Shown here in pieces: positions 17,889-42,994 of a stretch of 64,000 bases of DNA (within the stretch, counting starts at the first letter, position 1; every line of letters begins with the position of its first letter). The stretch comes from the human T2T-CHM13v2.0 reference genome, Homo sapiens. The stretch lies in the NCBI RefSeq assembly GCF_009914755.1, contig NC_060940.1; one strand, written 5' to 3'. The translations under genes and the position numbers were made by a program. Under the pieces are notes generated by a model. That model saw only the letters and a list, made by a program, of their open reading frames with translations. It did no database searches and had not been told where the DNA came from.

Positions 17889-18020
17889 CACAGTCACCAA
17901 CCCTAAAGCTGTCAGAAAGAGACGTGATGTAATCTTCATTGCCCCAGGAAGCTGCATTTACAAAATGTGCTGGTGAATCCCGAATGGTGAAGCTGAAAGT
18001 GTACCTTTCTGATCCAATAT
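17889..18020 (-). CDS. MEIOB: MEIOB exon 4, (N)[45 protein letters not shown]-fold
   Basis: Acceptor cccttag and donor GTAAGT. 132 nt. Lies within ORF 17851..18051. Confidence 0.97.
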
Positions 18021-19046
18021 CTAAGGGAAAACCAATGCTTTCATTTTTCAAATGAAGAGTTTCAATCGCTTCTCTGCCTTTTGATAAGTGTTACATGAAA
18101 AGTTTCACTTCAATTATAAACAAATGATTATTTGTTTAATCAAATAACTATTGATTATGATAATAAAAATACTCAAATACATAGTACAAAATGTTCTTTC
18201 AGATGTATATTCTATAACATGCTTCTATGAATTTCAAACTGAAGTGGTAACAGGTTGCCCCCTTGCTCCCTTCCCTGGTGATCTGTGTATTTGGAGGGAA
18301 AAACATGTAAACTTGAGCCATCCAGGTATTACCTTAGGTTCTCCTTTTCTCTCTTACTGTTGTTTCAACCTAAGTCATAATTCAGATCTAAATAGTTATT
18401 TCAGTCCCAGCTACTTAGGAGGATGAAGCAGAATGACTGCTTAAGCCCAAAAGTTCAAGGCTTCAGCGAACTGTGATTGCCCCACTGCTCTCCAGCCTGG
18501 GCAACAGAGCAAGACCCCATCCCAAAAATAAAAGTAAAAATAGGCCGGGCGCAATGGCTCACGCCTGTAATCCTAACACTTTGGGAGGCCGAGGCGGATG
18601 GATCACCTGAGGTTAGTTCAAGACCAGCCTGGCCAACATGGTGAAACCCTGTCTCTGCTAAAAATACAAAACTTAGCCAGGCGTGGTGGTGGCCGCCTGT
18701 AATCCCAGCTACTTGGGAGGCTGAGGCAGGAGAATCGCTTGAACCCAGGAGGCGGAGGTTGCAGTGAGCCAAGATCCAGCCTGGGTGACAAGAGAAAAAC
18801 TCTTGTCTCAAAAATAAATAAATAAATAATAATAAAATAAAAATAAAAATTGGCCAGGCACAACAGCTTACCCCTGTGATCCCAGGACTTTGGGAGGCGA
18901 GGTAGGAGAATCACTTGAGGCCTGGAGTTCAAAACCAGCCTGGGCAACATAGAAGGACACCATCTCTACATAAAATTTTAAAATTAGTGGTGGCACTCAT
19001 CTTTAGTCTCAGCTACTTGGGAGGCTGAGGAGGAAAGGTTGCTTGA

Positions 19047-19526
<480 letters not shown>

Positions 19527-20375
19527 TGATCTGCCTGCCTCAGCCTCCCAAAGTGCTGGCATGAGCCACCGTGCCTGATGAGACAAGGTTTTTTAGTAGA
19601 GGTGGGGAAGAACAGAGTGAGACCCTGTCTCAAAAAAAAAATAATAAATTTTAAAAAAATTAAAATAAGTTATTTCAAAACAAATTATGTGCTACTTAAT
19701 GAGGACCACTAGGGGTCAGCAAATACTTTTTTTCCAAAATAGAAATTTCATATTGGTTTTGCTAATTAAAAATTACAACCTGGCTGGGCGCAGTTGCTCC
19801 TGCCTATAATCCCGGCACCTTGGGAGGCCAAGGGGGTAAGATTGCTTCAGCCAAGGAGTTCGAGACTGGGCAACAAAGTGAGACCCTCTGTCTCTACAAA
19901 AACTCCAAAAATTATTCAGGCATAGTAGCATGGACCTGTCTGGGCTACATGCGAGGCTGAGGCAGGAAGACCACTTGAGCCCAGGGTTGAGGCTGCAGTG
20001 AGCTGTATTCACATTGCTGCACTCCAGGCTGAGTGACAGAGCAAGACCCTATCTCAAATTTTTAAAAAAAGTAATATAACTCAACATACATGTAAATTAT
20101 AGACATATTCTGAACTGTCTATTAGTGTCTACCTCTGAGGAGAGGACTAGGATGGCAAGAGTGAGGAGCTGAAAGGGGAATTTCACTTTTCAAATCTGTG
20201 ACCTTTGGTACTGCTGGAATTTTTGATACAAATATAATGTTATATGTACAATGTTTTAAGTCAGTAAGCATACTTCTTCCAAAAAAGGAATACCACAGAT
20301 GTCATCATAAAAAGAAGTCAAACAACACAGAAGTTTTTCTCCTTCCCTCACAGTCTGATAGGTGAAAAACTGTGA

Positions 20376-20597
<222 letters not shown>

Positions 20598-20966
20598 TAG
20601 GCTGGTCCCAAACTCCTGACCTCAGGTGATCCGCCCACCTCAGCCTCCCAAACTGCTGGGATTATAGGCGTGACCACTGTGCCTGGTGAAAAACCGTGTA
20701 TTTCATTTTTATAATTTTAGCAAGTATTTTAATAACTACTTTTTTCTAATTCACACATTTTAAGTGATGCCTTCTGAAATTTGGTAAAAAGAGATATAGA
20801 CTTCCTCAAACTATTTATTTAGTATTTCTGATCTAATTAGTTAAGATGAAATAAAGTGCAGGCACAAATGATATGGGTACCAGATGACAGCTTGGTTATT
20901 TACCTTAAAGATAAAAGCATCATGCCTGTAATCTCATCACTCTAGGAGGATGAGGCGGGATGATCA

Positions 20967-21552
<586 letters not shown>

Positions 21553-21659
21553 TTAAGGAGTTAAACAGGCATAGAAAAATTAATCACTTCAATATACTTT
21601 GTTGTAGTCATAAGCCAAAGTTGATGAAAAATGAAACCAAGAGTTAAACAGAACTCAGC

Positions 21660-21717
21660 TTTTTCTGTCTGGAAAGCCTTTGACATCTGTTTTCCCAATA
21701 ACTATACCGATAACTTT
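21660..21717 (-). CDS. MEIOB: MEIOB exon 3, KVIGIVIGKTDVKGFPDRK(N)
   Basis: Acceptor ttttcag. 58 nt (c.70-127). The phase-1 end fits exon 4. The donor is non-canonical GCTGAG (see findings). Confidence 0.95.
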
Positions 21718-23973
21718 CTGAAAAACAAAAAGGTCACAGAAGACCAATATTAAACACAGATGTACTAGATAAATTTAATTTCATGGGCTTGTTATACTTT
21801 ACTGGCTCTAACAAACATTTCTGACTAGGAACCATTTAAATGTATTTATTCCAGGCAAACATCTAAAAGAAGTTCATAAATGTTCAATTCCACAAGGAAT
21901 AGTATAAAGTAATCCAAAAGTTAACTACTATTACAAATATAATCATTTAATACTTAGCATATTTCTACTTTATTTTCAATCACTAGATGGAGCATAATAA
22001 CTGCCCTATGCTATCAATCCTTACTGAATTCATCCAAAGCACATGTATAATGCAATTTAATTTGCCACAGTCTTCAAAGCTTTCCTTTATATAGGGTTTT
22101 CTAACAATCCACATAAAATCACTTAGCTTCTTAATCCAAACATGCTGGACAGTAATATAAATTAGACTGTAACAAAACTTATATTTTGCTGCTAATAAAT
22201 CTAAATTCTAAAGTCCCAGATCTTAAACCTTAGAGATATTAACATCTCCTCAAAATGTTTAATGTTCTCTTTAGTGACTACTGAAGAAAAATTTTAAATG
22301 TGTTTTAAGAAATAAAAATGGGCCGGGTGTGGTGGCTCACACGTGTAATCCCAGCACTCTGGGAGGCTGAGGCGGGTGGGTCACCTGAGGTCATGAGTTT
22401 GAGACCAGTCTGACCAACATGGTGAAACTCCATCTCTACTAAAAATACAAAAAATTAGCCGGATGTGGTGGTGGGTGCCTGTAATCCCAGCTACTCGCGA
22501 GCCTGAGGCAGGAGAATCGCTTGAACCCAGAGGCAGAGGTTGCAGTGAGCTTAGATCCCACTATTGCACTTCAGCCTGGGCAACAGAGCAGGACTCCATC
22601 TCAAAAAATAAAAATAAAAAATAAAAATGAATACCTTTTCTGAAAGGAAAAAAACTAAACTTATTTTGCTAATTGCAGCAACTGATTTTAACCTTACAAT
22701 AATCTTGACATTTAAATTACAATCAGGCTTTTAAGACTCCTACATTCTAGCTGAGCTATTAGCTAGCTTTATTGCTTATTTAGACACATTGATATTATTT
22801 CTTCAATTCCTTATACTTGCAGATCTCACTGAATTTTGTTGGAAAATCCAATTAATGGAAATGTTGAGTAAAACTTTCTATCTGAAGAGACCATTATTAG
22901 CAAATAGTTTACCTTTCAAGAAAAACTATAACAACAATTGTTATTTTTTAATATTTTTAAATTTTAAATTATTAAAGTTATATGTAAATGTATCCCATTG
23001 TAAGAAATCTAGTTTGCAAAAGCAAAATATAAATAGCAGACTGCTCAGGGGCAGGGAAGGTAAGGGTGTGTGGTAGCTGCTTTACAATAAGTTCTTTAAC
23101 TTATAAGATGATTCCACTTAGTTTTCTTTTAAGTAAGTAACAGTCGAGGTATGTTCAAAATCATTGAATTCCCCTATAACTCCTACTCAAAGAGTCAATT
23201 TTCACATCATCATTGTAGAAAACACACATGTTATAAACCTATATCATAAAAGCAGCATAATGTCAAGTACTTAGACCATAAATTGGATAATTTGGTCAGA
23301 AAATTGCTACTGCTGAACAAAATGGTTTAATTTTTTTTTTTTTTTTTTTTTTTTTCCAGAAGAGTTTCACTCTTGTTGCCCAGGCTGGAGTGCAATGGTG
23401 CAATCTCGGCTCACTGAGACCGCCTTCTGGCTTCAAGCGATTCTCCTGCCTCAGCCTCCTGAGTACCTGGGATTACAGGCATGAGCCACCACACCCAGCT
23501 AATTTTGTATTTTTAGTAGAGATGGGGTTTCTCCATGTTGATCAGGCTGGTCTCAAACTCCCAACCTCAGGTGATCCAGCTGCCTCAGCCTCCCAAAGTG
23601 CTGGGATTACAGACATGAACCACTGTGCCTGGCCTGGTTTAATTTTACAATGCTAAATTTGAGCATTTATTAAATTTTTCACTTTATAAAATATTAAGTA
23701 AAATAATACATCTATTGATCATTTTGAACAATTACTAGTCAAATCTACAATCATATCTTCTACTCTACACACAAATAAAGATTAATTTTCATCTAGGTGG
23801 CATAAATACAAAGAAATTTAGGTATACTTAATATCTAACAATTATACCAATGCAATGAGTATCCATATACTTGCCAATTATAAAAGCATGTGTTGAATGA
23901 ATCAATAACATTGATGTAATGTTATCACATAAAATGTCATCAGTAAGCAAATCACCACAGTATTGAAACCTAC

Positions 23974-24042
23974 CAGATTAGCCATATTTGGCTGCAGATC
24001 TGAAAGGGTAGTGAAAATCCTCGCTGCAAAGGAGTTTGCCAT
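23974..24042 (-). CDS. MEIOB: MEIOB exon 2 coding part, MANSFAARIFTTLSDLQPNMANL (exon begins at 24051, 9 nt of 5'UTR)
   Basis: Translation matches the MEIOB N-terminus. Acceptor tgcag and donor GTAGGT. 69 nt, phase 0. Confidence 0.97.
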
Positions 24043-24524
24043 TTTTTTAATCTGCATTTTAGAAAATATAATTTAGATATATAAATTGAATAAATGAAAT
24101 AAATCATTTAAAAAATTCCAAGAGTTTAAAATCTTATTTAGGGCCGGACATGGTGGCTCATACCTGTAATCCCAGCACTTTGGGAGGCTGAAGTGGATGG
24201 ATCACCTGAGGTCAGGAGTTCAAGACCAGCCTGGCCATCATGGCGAAACCTCACATGGTAGCGGGCACCAGTAATCCCAGCTACTCAGGAGGCTGAGGCA
24301 GGAAGAAGTGCTTGAACCTGGGAGGCAGAGGTTGCACTGAGCCGAGATCGCACTACTGCACTCCAGCCTGGGCAACAGAGCGAGACTCTGTCTCAAAAAT
24401 AAATAAAACAAAATAAAATAAAATATTATTGGCCAGGTGCGGTGGCTCATGCCTATTATCCCAGCACTTTTGGAGGCCGAGGAGGGCGGATCACAGCGTC
24501 AGGAGATCGAGACCATCCCGGCTA

Positions 24525-24852
<328 letters not shown>

Positions 24853-25000
24853 TTATAATTTTGAATGATATAGCTATTATAGGTTTCAATTTTTAACTTT
24901 CATTTCTAAAACCATGTAAAATTTAGTAGTTTTTGAGCACCATGTAAATTTAGTTTTGTTTTATTTTTTAATTTTGTTTTAACTTTTTTTCTTTTTTTGA

Positions 25001-25544
<544 letters not shown>

Positions 25545-25705
25545 TGATCCGCCCACCTCGGCCTCCCAAAGTGCTGGGATTACAGGCATGAGCCACCACG
25601 CCCGGCCTCAATGGGACATTTAAAGATTTAAATATATATTAGCATCAAGCTTACCTCAAAAAATACAGCAAAAATCTACGTAAACACCTCATATTGAGCA
25701 TTTGA

Positions 25706-25969
<264 letters not shown>

Positions 25970-27016
25970 TGATGATCCACCCGCCTCAGCCTCCCAAAGT
26001 GCTGGGATTACAGGCGTGAGCCACTGAGCCCAGCCCGGGAAAAGTATTGATTTTAAACACACCTCTACATAGTAAAACTCCATGAGGGCAGAGGTGGCAT
26101 CTTACGTATTTTTATGTATGTATTTCATAACTGAAAACCATAAATATCAGATGAACGAAATGGTGGTTTGTCCCTCAATATCATCACTCTAAAAGGTTCT
26201 ATTGTAGAAAAATTGTAAGCTACACCAAACAGATTGACTTCACTTTATAATCCAGGGCCTCTTTAACTCTGGGAATGCCCACACCCACCCGCTGCAGTTC
26301 AAGGACGTGTCTCATGACACCTGAATTTCAGGCAGCCTGTGGAGTTAGTCAAATATGATTTTGAATTGCAACACCACTAGTTTGTAGTCGTGTGTTTTAA
26401 CATTACTAAACATTAATTTCCTCATCCTTAAATTGTGGATACCATCCACCTGGCAGTGAAAAGTAGAAACAGTGTATACAAGATGCCTCGACGTTCACAG
26501 GCTCACAGTCAATGATGGCCCTGCTTGTCAATATTATCCAGTGTACCAGTTTTTGTATTCAAGGCCTTTCAGTGCCAGAAGAAACATTTGGGAATTAAGC
26601 TGCGTCAAGTTTTTCATTCATTCTTTGGCCTGGTCTGATGTGGCTCACAATGCAATGTCACTATCTAAAACACTTGCCGAACTGTGACAAATTCATTCGC
26701 TCATTCAACCATTCAACTAATATTTATTTACAGCCCAAAGTGCCAGACATGTGAGTCGAGAGGATGAGTCAGACATTTGACTCAGTGGCTGAATATTCTG
26801 TACAAACACAACTACCTACACACCAAGCGATTTCTCCACATTTTTACCCCTCAGCATCTCTTGGTGGGACATGGTATCCTATTATCTCTCTGAATTCCCT
26901 TATTTGTCTGCTACCGTTAGAGGTATATGGTAATAGACGTTAGTGTCTGCCCACAAAAAATATGACTTGCTTCTCTACCTGGCCACTTTAACAGATACAA
27001 AATTAACATGAACTAA

Positions 27017-27415
<399 letters not shown>

Positions 27416-27417
27416 GA

Positions 27418-27648
<231 letters not shown>

Positions 27649-28423
27649 TGAAACCCCGTCTATACTAAAAATACAAAAAAATTAGCCAGGTATGGTGGCG
27701 CACGCCTCTAATCCCTGCTACTCGGGAGGCTGAGGCAGGGGAATCCTTGAACCAGGGAGGAGGAGGTTGCAGTGAGCAAAGACTGCACCACTGCACTCCA
27801 GCCTGGGCAAAAGGGCGAGACTCTGTCTCAAAAAACAAACAAACGAACAAACAAAAAACCCTTCCCACTGCACCTTGACTCAAATCCAGACTCCTTGCGG
27901 CAGCGTGCCATGCCCAGCTGACCTGGCCTCTGCCCTGAGAACCGCTCTCCGGTACCCTGGCTGCATTTCCTCAGCCTGGGCCTCGGGCCTTTGCAGATGC
28001 AGAGCCTCTTTCTCGAGCATCCCCGTCTTCCCAGGACAGGCTCTCCTCAGGTCTCCAGTAGAGGCCTTTCCTGCCACCCTGCCTCACGCAGTCGTGCCTC
28101 TGAACTCCCCTGGGGACACTGCTAGTTGCCTGCTGTGTTGTCTTTCTCCTTCATGACATGGTAGTTCGTCAGGACAGAGCCACGCCCTCACTGCACCCCA
28201 CAGTGACCACGCAGTTCAGGGCCTCACAGGCAGCAGCTGCCGGGTATGTGCTCAGTAAATGAATACATGAGCCCTTTTAAAAGCGATCTAATTTGTAAAC
28301 TGAGGATAATATTGCTACAATTAGCCTTTGGGAGACACAGAATTTTAGTTAACAGCTAATTTTACATTTATAACATGCACTGAAATTATGGGAACAAGTG
28401 TGATTTCTATCTTGCTATTGTAG

Positions 28424-29221
<798 letters not shown>

Positions 29222-29827
29222 TAAGTAGCTGGGATTACAGGCGCGCGCCACCACGCCCGGCTAATTTTGTATTTTTAGGAGCGACGGGGTTTCTCCACGT
29301 TGGTCAGGCTGGTCTCGAACTTCTGACCTCAGGTGATCCGCCCACCTCGGCCTCCCAAAGTGCTGGGAAAACAGGCGTGAGCCACCACTGCACTTTTTAA
29401 CTGACAGGTCGGGGCTTGGAAAACTCAAAGTAGGACCCACGTGTCAGCCGCTCTCAGCTCCGGGAGGAGCTTTCCCGCGTGTCCTCCTCCGGCACCGGCC
29501 GCGAGAAGCCCCGGGAGGGGCAAAGCTCGGGGGCCGCGGGAGGCGCTGGGAGGGCGGGCGGCGCCACAAGACAACCTGCCCCCGCCAACCCCGCGGTGAG
29601 CCGAGGATGCGACCAGGACCGGACTCCGCGTGGGGCGCAGGCACGTACCCCACACGCTGCGCGGCTCCGCCCGCTCCCCTCCCGTCACGCGCGCGCCCGC
29701 CGCTCCCTCAGGGCCTCCGCCAGCCGAACGCCGGGCCCTGACCCGCGCGGGCTCCCTTCCTCGGACGCCGCCCCACAGCTGGAGGCCTGGCCCGCGTCGC
29801 CACCTGGCCGTCCACGCCGCTGCTTAC

Positions 29828-30000
29828 CCGAGGCTCGCCCGGCCGGCTGCTCCCCGGGCCTGCACAGCTGCCGCCGCGGCCTCGCGGACCTGGCCCGCCC
29901 GACCCCCGGGTCGCCCGCGCTTCGCGGCTTCTCCACAGGACGCTCGGGCCACAGCCTCGTGCAGGTGCGACGGCCGCGCGACCGTTAGCGCGAGGCCCCG
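29828..30000 (-). other. MEIOB: MEIOB non-coding exon 1 (5' end approximate)
   Basis: Strong minus-strand donor CGG|GTAAGC (cttac at 29823-29827) inside the CpG island, upstream of the ATG exon. The TSS position is inferred. Confidence 0.7.
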
Positions 30001-30013
30001 CCCCGTCCTCAGC

Positions 30014-30101
30014 GACTCCGCCCCCACCGCTCACTGACTCCGCCCCCACCGCTCACTGGCTCCGCCCCCACCGCTCACTGGCTCCGCCCCCAACGCGCTC
30101 A
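30014..30101. repeat. 22-bp minisatellite, about 4 copies of G(A/G)CTCCGCCCCCACCGCTCACT
   Basis: Units start at 30014, 30036, 30058 and 30080. Each contains a CCGCCC GC box. Confidence 0.95.
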
Positions 30102-30297
30102 GACTCAGCCCTCGGGGGAGGGGAGGGGGAGCCCGGTTCCCGTTTCTTCCTTCTTGGGAGTTAGAGGGACAAGACAGCCGCAGGCGCGGGGAGGGGTCTC
30201 CGTGCGCTCTCACAGCCGCGTGTGTCTCTGTGGTCGCTGGATTCCAAAAGACGGTGCGCCGGAAAAAAATAAACATATCTCTCTATCTATAATATTA

Positions 30298-30504
<207 letters not shown>

Positions 30505-30598
30505 CTACTCAGGAGGCTGAGGTATGAAAATCGCTTGAACCCGGGAGAGGTCGCTTGAACCCAGGAGAGGAAGGTTGCAGTGAGCCGAGACTGTACTA

Positions 30599-30811
<213 letters not shown>

Positions 30812-30889
30812 TTAATTAATTAATTAATTAATATATCTACATCTAATGATAGATTTGGTATGTAGTACATCAAGAAAATACCCATAGAT

Positions 30890-31206
<317 letters not shown>

Positions 31207-31700
31207 CTAGATGTGTATATCTATGTATGAAAAAAATATATATAATTAGATGTGCTAAGGATTGGACTTAGGTGAATCTGACAAAAATTTTCTCAGCTCT
31301 TCATGTTTTTAATTACTTCCATTTAGAAATCTTTTTAGTTTAATGACTTATACTAATTTTTGTTAACAGAGTACCAACCCAGGGCAAGTAAGATCCAAAA
31401 ACTAAGTCCATTAAATTTGTCACCTACTACTGTCCACATGTAGCATTATTTAAGTTTCTCTTTAAAAAGAGAAGAACAACTTTGGTGCATATAACACACA
31501 CATATTATAAAAGAAAAATACCACTGTAGAACCAAGTTTTATGTTATTATTAAAATACAGTTTTTCTTTTCCTCATTTTTTTTTAATTTCCCAAATAATA
31601 CTGGGAAGCAAAATAAAGTACCTGCATTTCACCATTTCAAATATAATGGGAAGAGTTGGGTTTTTAAATTGTCCCTATTCCTTTCCACTCTCTGCCTTTA

Positions 31701-32389
<689 letters not shown>

Positions 32390-33165
32390 TTAAAGGAGAG
32401 GAAAAAATATAAAAATAGTTTTCATGCATTTTTCATTTGAGCCTCAGTGAAGCAATAATATTCTAAAATTTTTTAAATTTTGTCACGTTTTAGTAAATTA
32501 ATTTTTGCAGAAAGCTACATAAGGTTAAGCAAACAGTGTCAGCCTTGCCAGGACACAACAGGCTTCTCATAAGCCACGATGCTTCAAAATACAAGCCTAA
32601 AAGAGTGGAATTGCTTCACGCTCGTGAAATTAAGTCTCCCTTGTTGTGTACGGAATTTGTTTCTTCCATTTTTTATAGCAGTTCTGTGAAATTGGCTTGC
32701 TCTTAACAATAGGATTGACTTGTCAATATATTTTGGATGTACACGAACAGAAATAAGGACTAGAAATGCTAGCTTGCCCTTGCCGCTTGATGCAGAAGTC
32801 AAGGGTGAGCGAACAAGGGTCAGAGCTGAAATAGCTCACATGTCTGGCTAAAGAAACGGTAGTTGGCTACATGGTCAGCTCCCCAGAGCATGCCAGCTGT
32901 CAAAACATCTAGGAGCTGTCACAAAGGAGTGACAGGCAAAATATATAGTCATAAACTTTACACGTTCTAATCAGTAGAAACGTTGACAGTTATTTTAATG
33001 AATTACAAGATAGAAATTCATTAAAAATTGACAGTTATTTTAATGAATTACAAGATAAGCTTTTATTTATTTAACAAAACTATAACTTTTCCAACATTGA
33101 TCCCGTGACTATGGTCTTCCTCCCAGGAGCTGAAATACTAATAGATCAGTTACTGGCATAATTAG

Positions 33166-33339
<174 letters not shown>

Positions 33340-33658
33340 TAGGTGCACACCACCACGCCGGCTAAGTTTTGTATTTTTTGTAGAGATGGGGTCTCGCTAT
33401 ATTGCCCAAGCTGGTCTTGAACTCCTGGACTCAAGCAATCTTCCTGCCTCAGCCTCCCAAAGCACTGGGATTATAGGCATGAACCACTGTGCCTGGCCTA
33501 ATCATGTTTTAAATAGATTGTAGGCCAGGCGTGGTGGCTCACCCCTGTAATCCTAGCATTTTGACAGACTGAGGCGGGTGGATCACCTGAGGTCAGGAGT
33601 TCGAGACCAGCCTGGCCAAGATGGTGAAACCCCATCTCTACTAAAAATACAAAAATTA

Positions 33659-33802
<144 letters not shown>

Positions 33803-33941
33803 TCAGAAAAAATAATAATAATAAATAAATAAATAAATAGGTTGTAGATACACTAACATTTACAGATTTTTTGTAAACTTTTGCAGAAGTTTATGTAGAG
33901 AAGAGGAGTGAGGTAACCTGCAAAAGGGACTGGAAGAACTA

Positions 33942-34280
<339 letters not shown>

Positions 34281-34526
34281 CTAAGCTCTTTTAAGACTCC
34301 GTCTCAAAAAAATAAATAAATAAATAAAAATTTTAAAAAAGGTTGAACGGTGAATTGAAACTGGAACTGAAAGCCTCAGGACAAGGTGAGAGGTGCTGAG
34401 CTGAAGTGAGTAACGTGCTGGGCTTGAAATAACTCAGCATCCGTAGTCCGTGCCCAGGGACCTGGAGTGGTTCCTGCGTGCTGCATGTCTGGCACCCCGT
34501 ACTAGAGGGAGCAGAAGAGGGCATGA

Positions 34527-35004
<478 letters not shown>

Positions 35005-35502
35005 TAAACACATATAATTTTTTAAACCCTCCTAAATCATTGCAGCGTACCTTTGCCAGCTATGTGGCCATTAACAACATCTCTGACCGAGCTGTTCCAG
35101 CCCCACCTTGCCAGCCGTCTGCAGCATTGCCAAGTATCTAAAGTTCAGCTCCTAGGCTCACCCCAAGCCAGCTCAGAACCTTCCAATTCTATGGAAAACA
35201 CCTGGTAACTGAAGCTCAGCGTCTCAAAGGCAGCCTTGAATCCTCCCTTCTCCTCCACTGTCATCATCAGGAGCCAGGTTCTGTTTTTCCTTAGCACCTG
35301 CCCTTGTCTCTCCACGTCTGTTGCTGCCACCCTCCTGCGGCTCTGGCAGTGTTGTCAGGGGATGGAGCAGCACGCTGCAGGGGCTCTCATCTCCCCTGCC
35401 CCAGCCCATCTCATGCCCTCAGAGGGATGAATCTTACCACATGACGCTTCTCAGGGCTGCACCACAGCTTTCCCTAGGTGGAAACCTCCAATGCTATCTA
35501 TC

Positions 35503-35811
<309 letters not shown>

Positions 35812-36109
35812 TAGAGACAGGATCTCCCTAGGTTCCCCAGGCTGGTCTCGAACTCCTGGGCTGAAGCGATCCTCCCACCTCTGCCTCCCAAAGTGCTGGT
35901 GTTATAGGCGTGAGCCACCGCACCCGGCCAGGCTTTGTTCTTTATGGGGCTTATTTACATGGTTAAGGGTTTGCTCAGAGCTTGAGAACCTATTTATATT
36001 GTTCTCATATTTCGCAAATGTTTAAGGAAGCAAGAGAAAACTGCGAGTGCAAAAGACCAATTTCAGTTTTTAAAATTATCACTCTGAGAAAAGGACAATA
36101 GATATTTCT

Positions 36110-42060
<5,951 letters not shown>

Positions 42061-42528
42061 AGTGGCTGAAAGCCTTTGAAACAACCTGATGGGCGGTTGG
42101 TATTGTGTAAGACGGTGACCTAAAAACAGCCTGTCAGTTCCCTGCCATCCCATTTTTCAACAGCAGGGTGTGATCATAATGGGCTTTATTGACATCATAA
42201 ATCTGAGAGCATGGATGGTATCCATTTCCAGTTGTTTAATTGAAGAAATGAAAGATCTTGTAATGTGGAGTTGATATGGAGAGTTTGTCGAGCTACAGTA
42301 AAATTTTGCAAGAGCTGTGACCTTGGGTCAGAAAATGACTGATCAAGACGGAACCTTTTGTCATACTGTGGAAGCGACTGTATTGACTTATTTTATTCTT
42401 AGCGCTAATGCCAACAGAGAGCACGAATTGCTTCTGACTGCTTTCTGTCTCAACCCAGAGTGACTCTGTGGGCAAATCAATACAAGTATCGTCTAAATAA
42501 GCTATGACTAAATAATAAAATATGATAA

Positions 42529-42794
<266 letters not shown>

Positions 42795-42910
42795 TAGGAT
42801 TACAGGCATGAGCCACTGCACCCGGCCTGTTTTCCATCTTCTTAATGTGATGGGTTCTCATAAGGGTGAACAGGTGGGCGTGAGCAACCTGGACCCATAC
42901 AGGTGAAGCC

Positions 42911-42994
42911 ACAGCAAATCATAGACGGTCCCTGGGTTTCATGGGTTTGGGAACAGCAAATCGCAGACAGTCCCTGGCTTTCCTGGGTTTGGGA
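42911..42994. repeat. 42-bp tandem duplication
   Basis: acagcaaatcatagacggtccctgggtttcatgggtttggga followed by acagcaaatcgcagacagtccctggctttcctgggtttggga. Confidence 0.85.

Noticed and set aside
29641-29650. Alternative minus-strand donor GGG|GTACGT as the end of exon 1
   Set aside because: It is weaker than CGG|GTAAGC at 29828. It may be a minor site, but I cannot support that from sequence alone.
30014-30101. CRISPR-like appearance of short regular repeats (also 55552-55673 and 63793-63878)
   Set aside because: These are tandem units without unique spacers in primate DNA, so they are minisatellites.
29425-30276. Overlapping Arg/Pro/Ala/Gly-rich ORFs up to 169 aa
   Set aside because: Stop-codon depletion in a CpG island. 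No recognisable domain.
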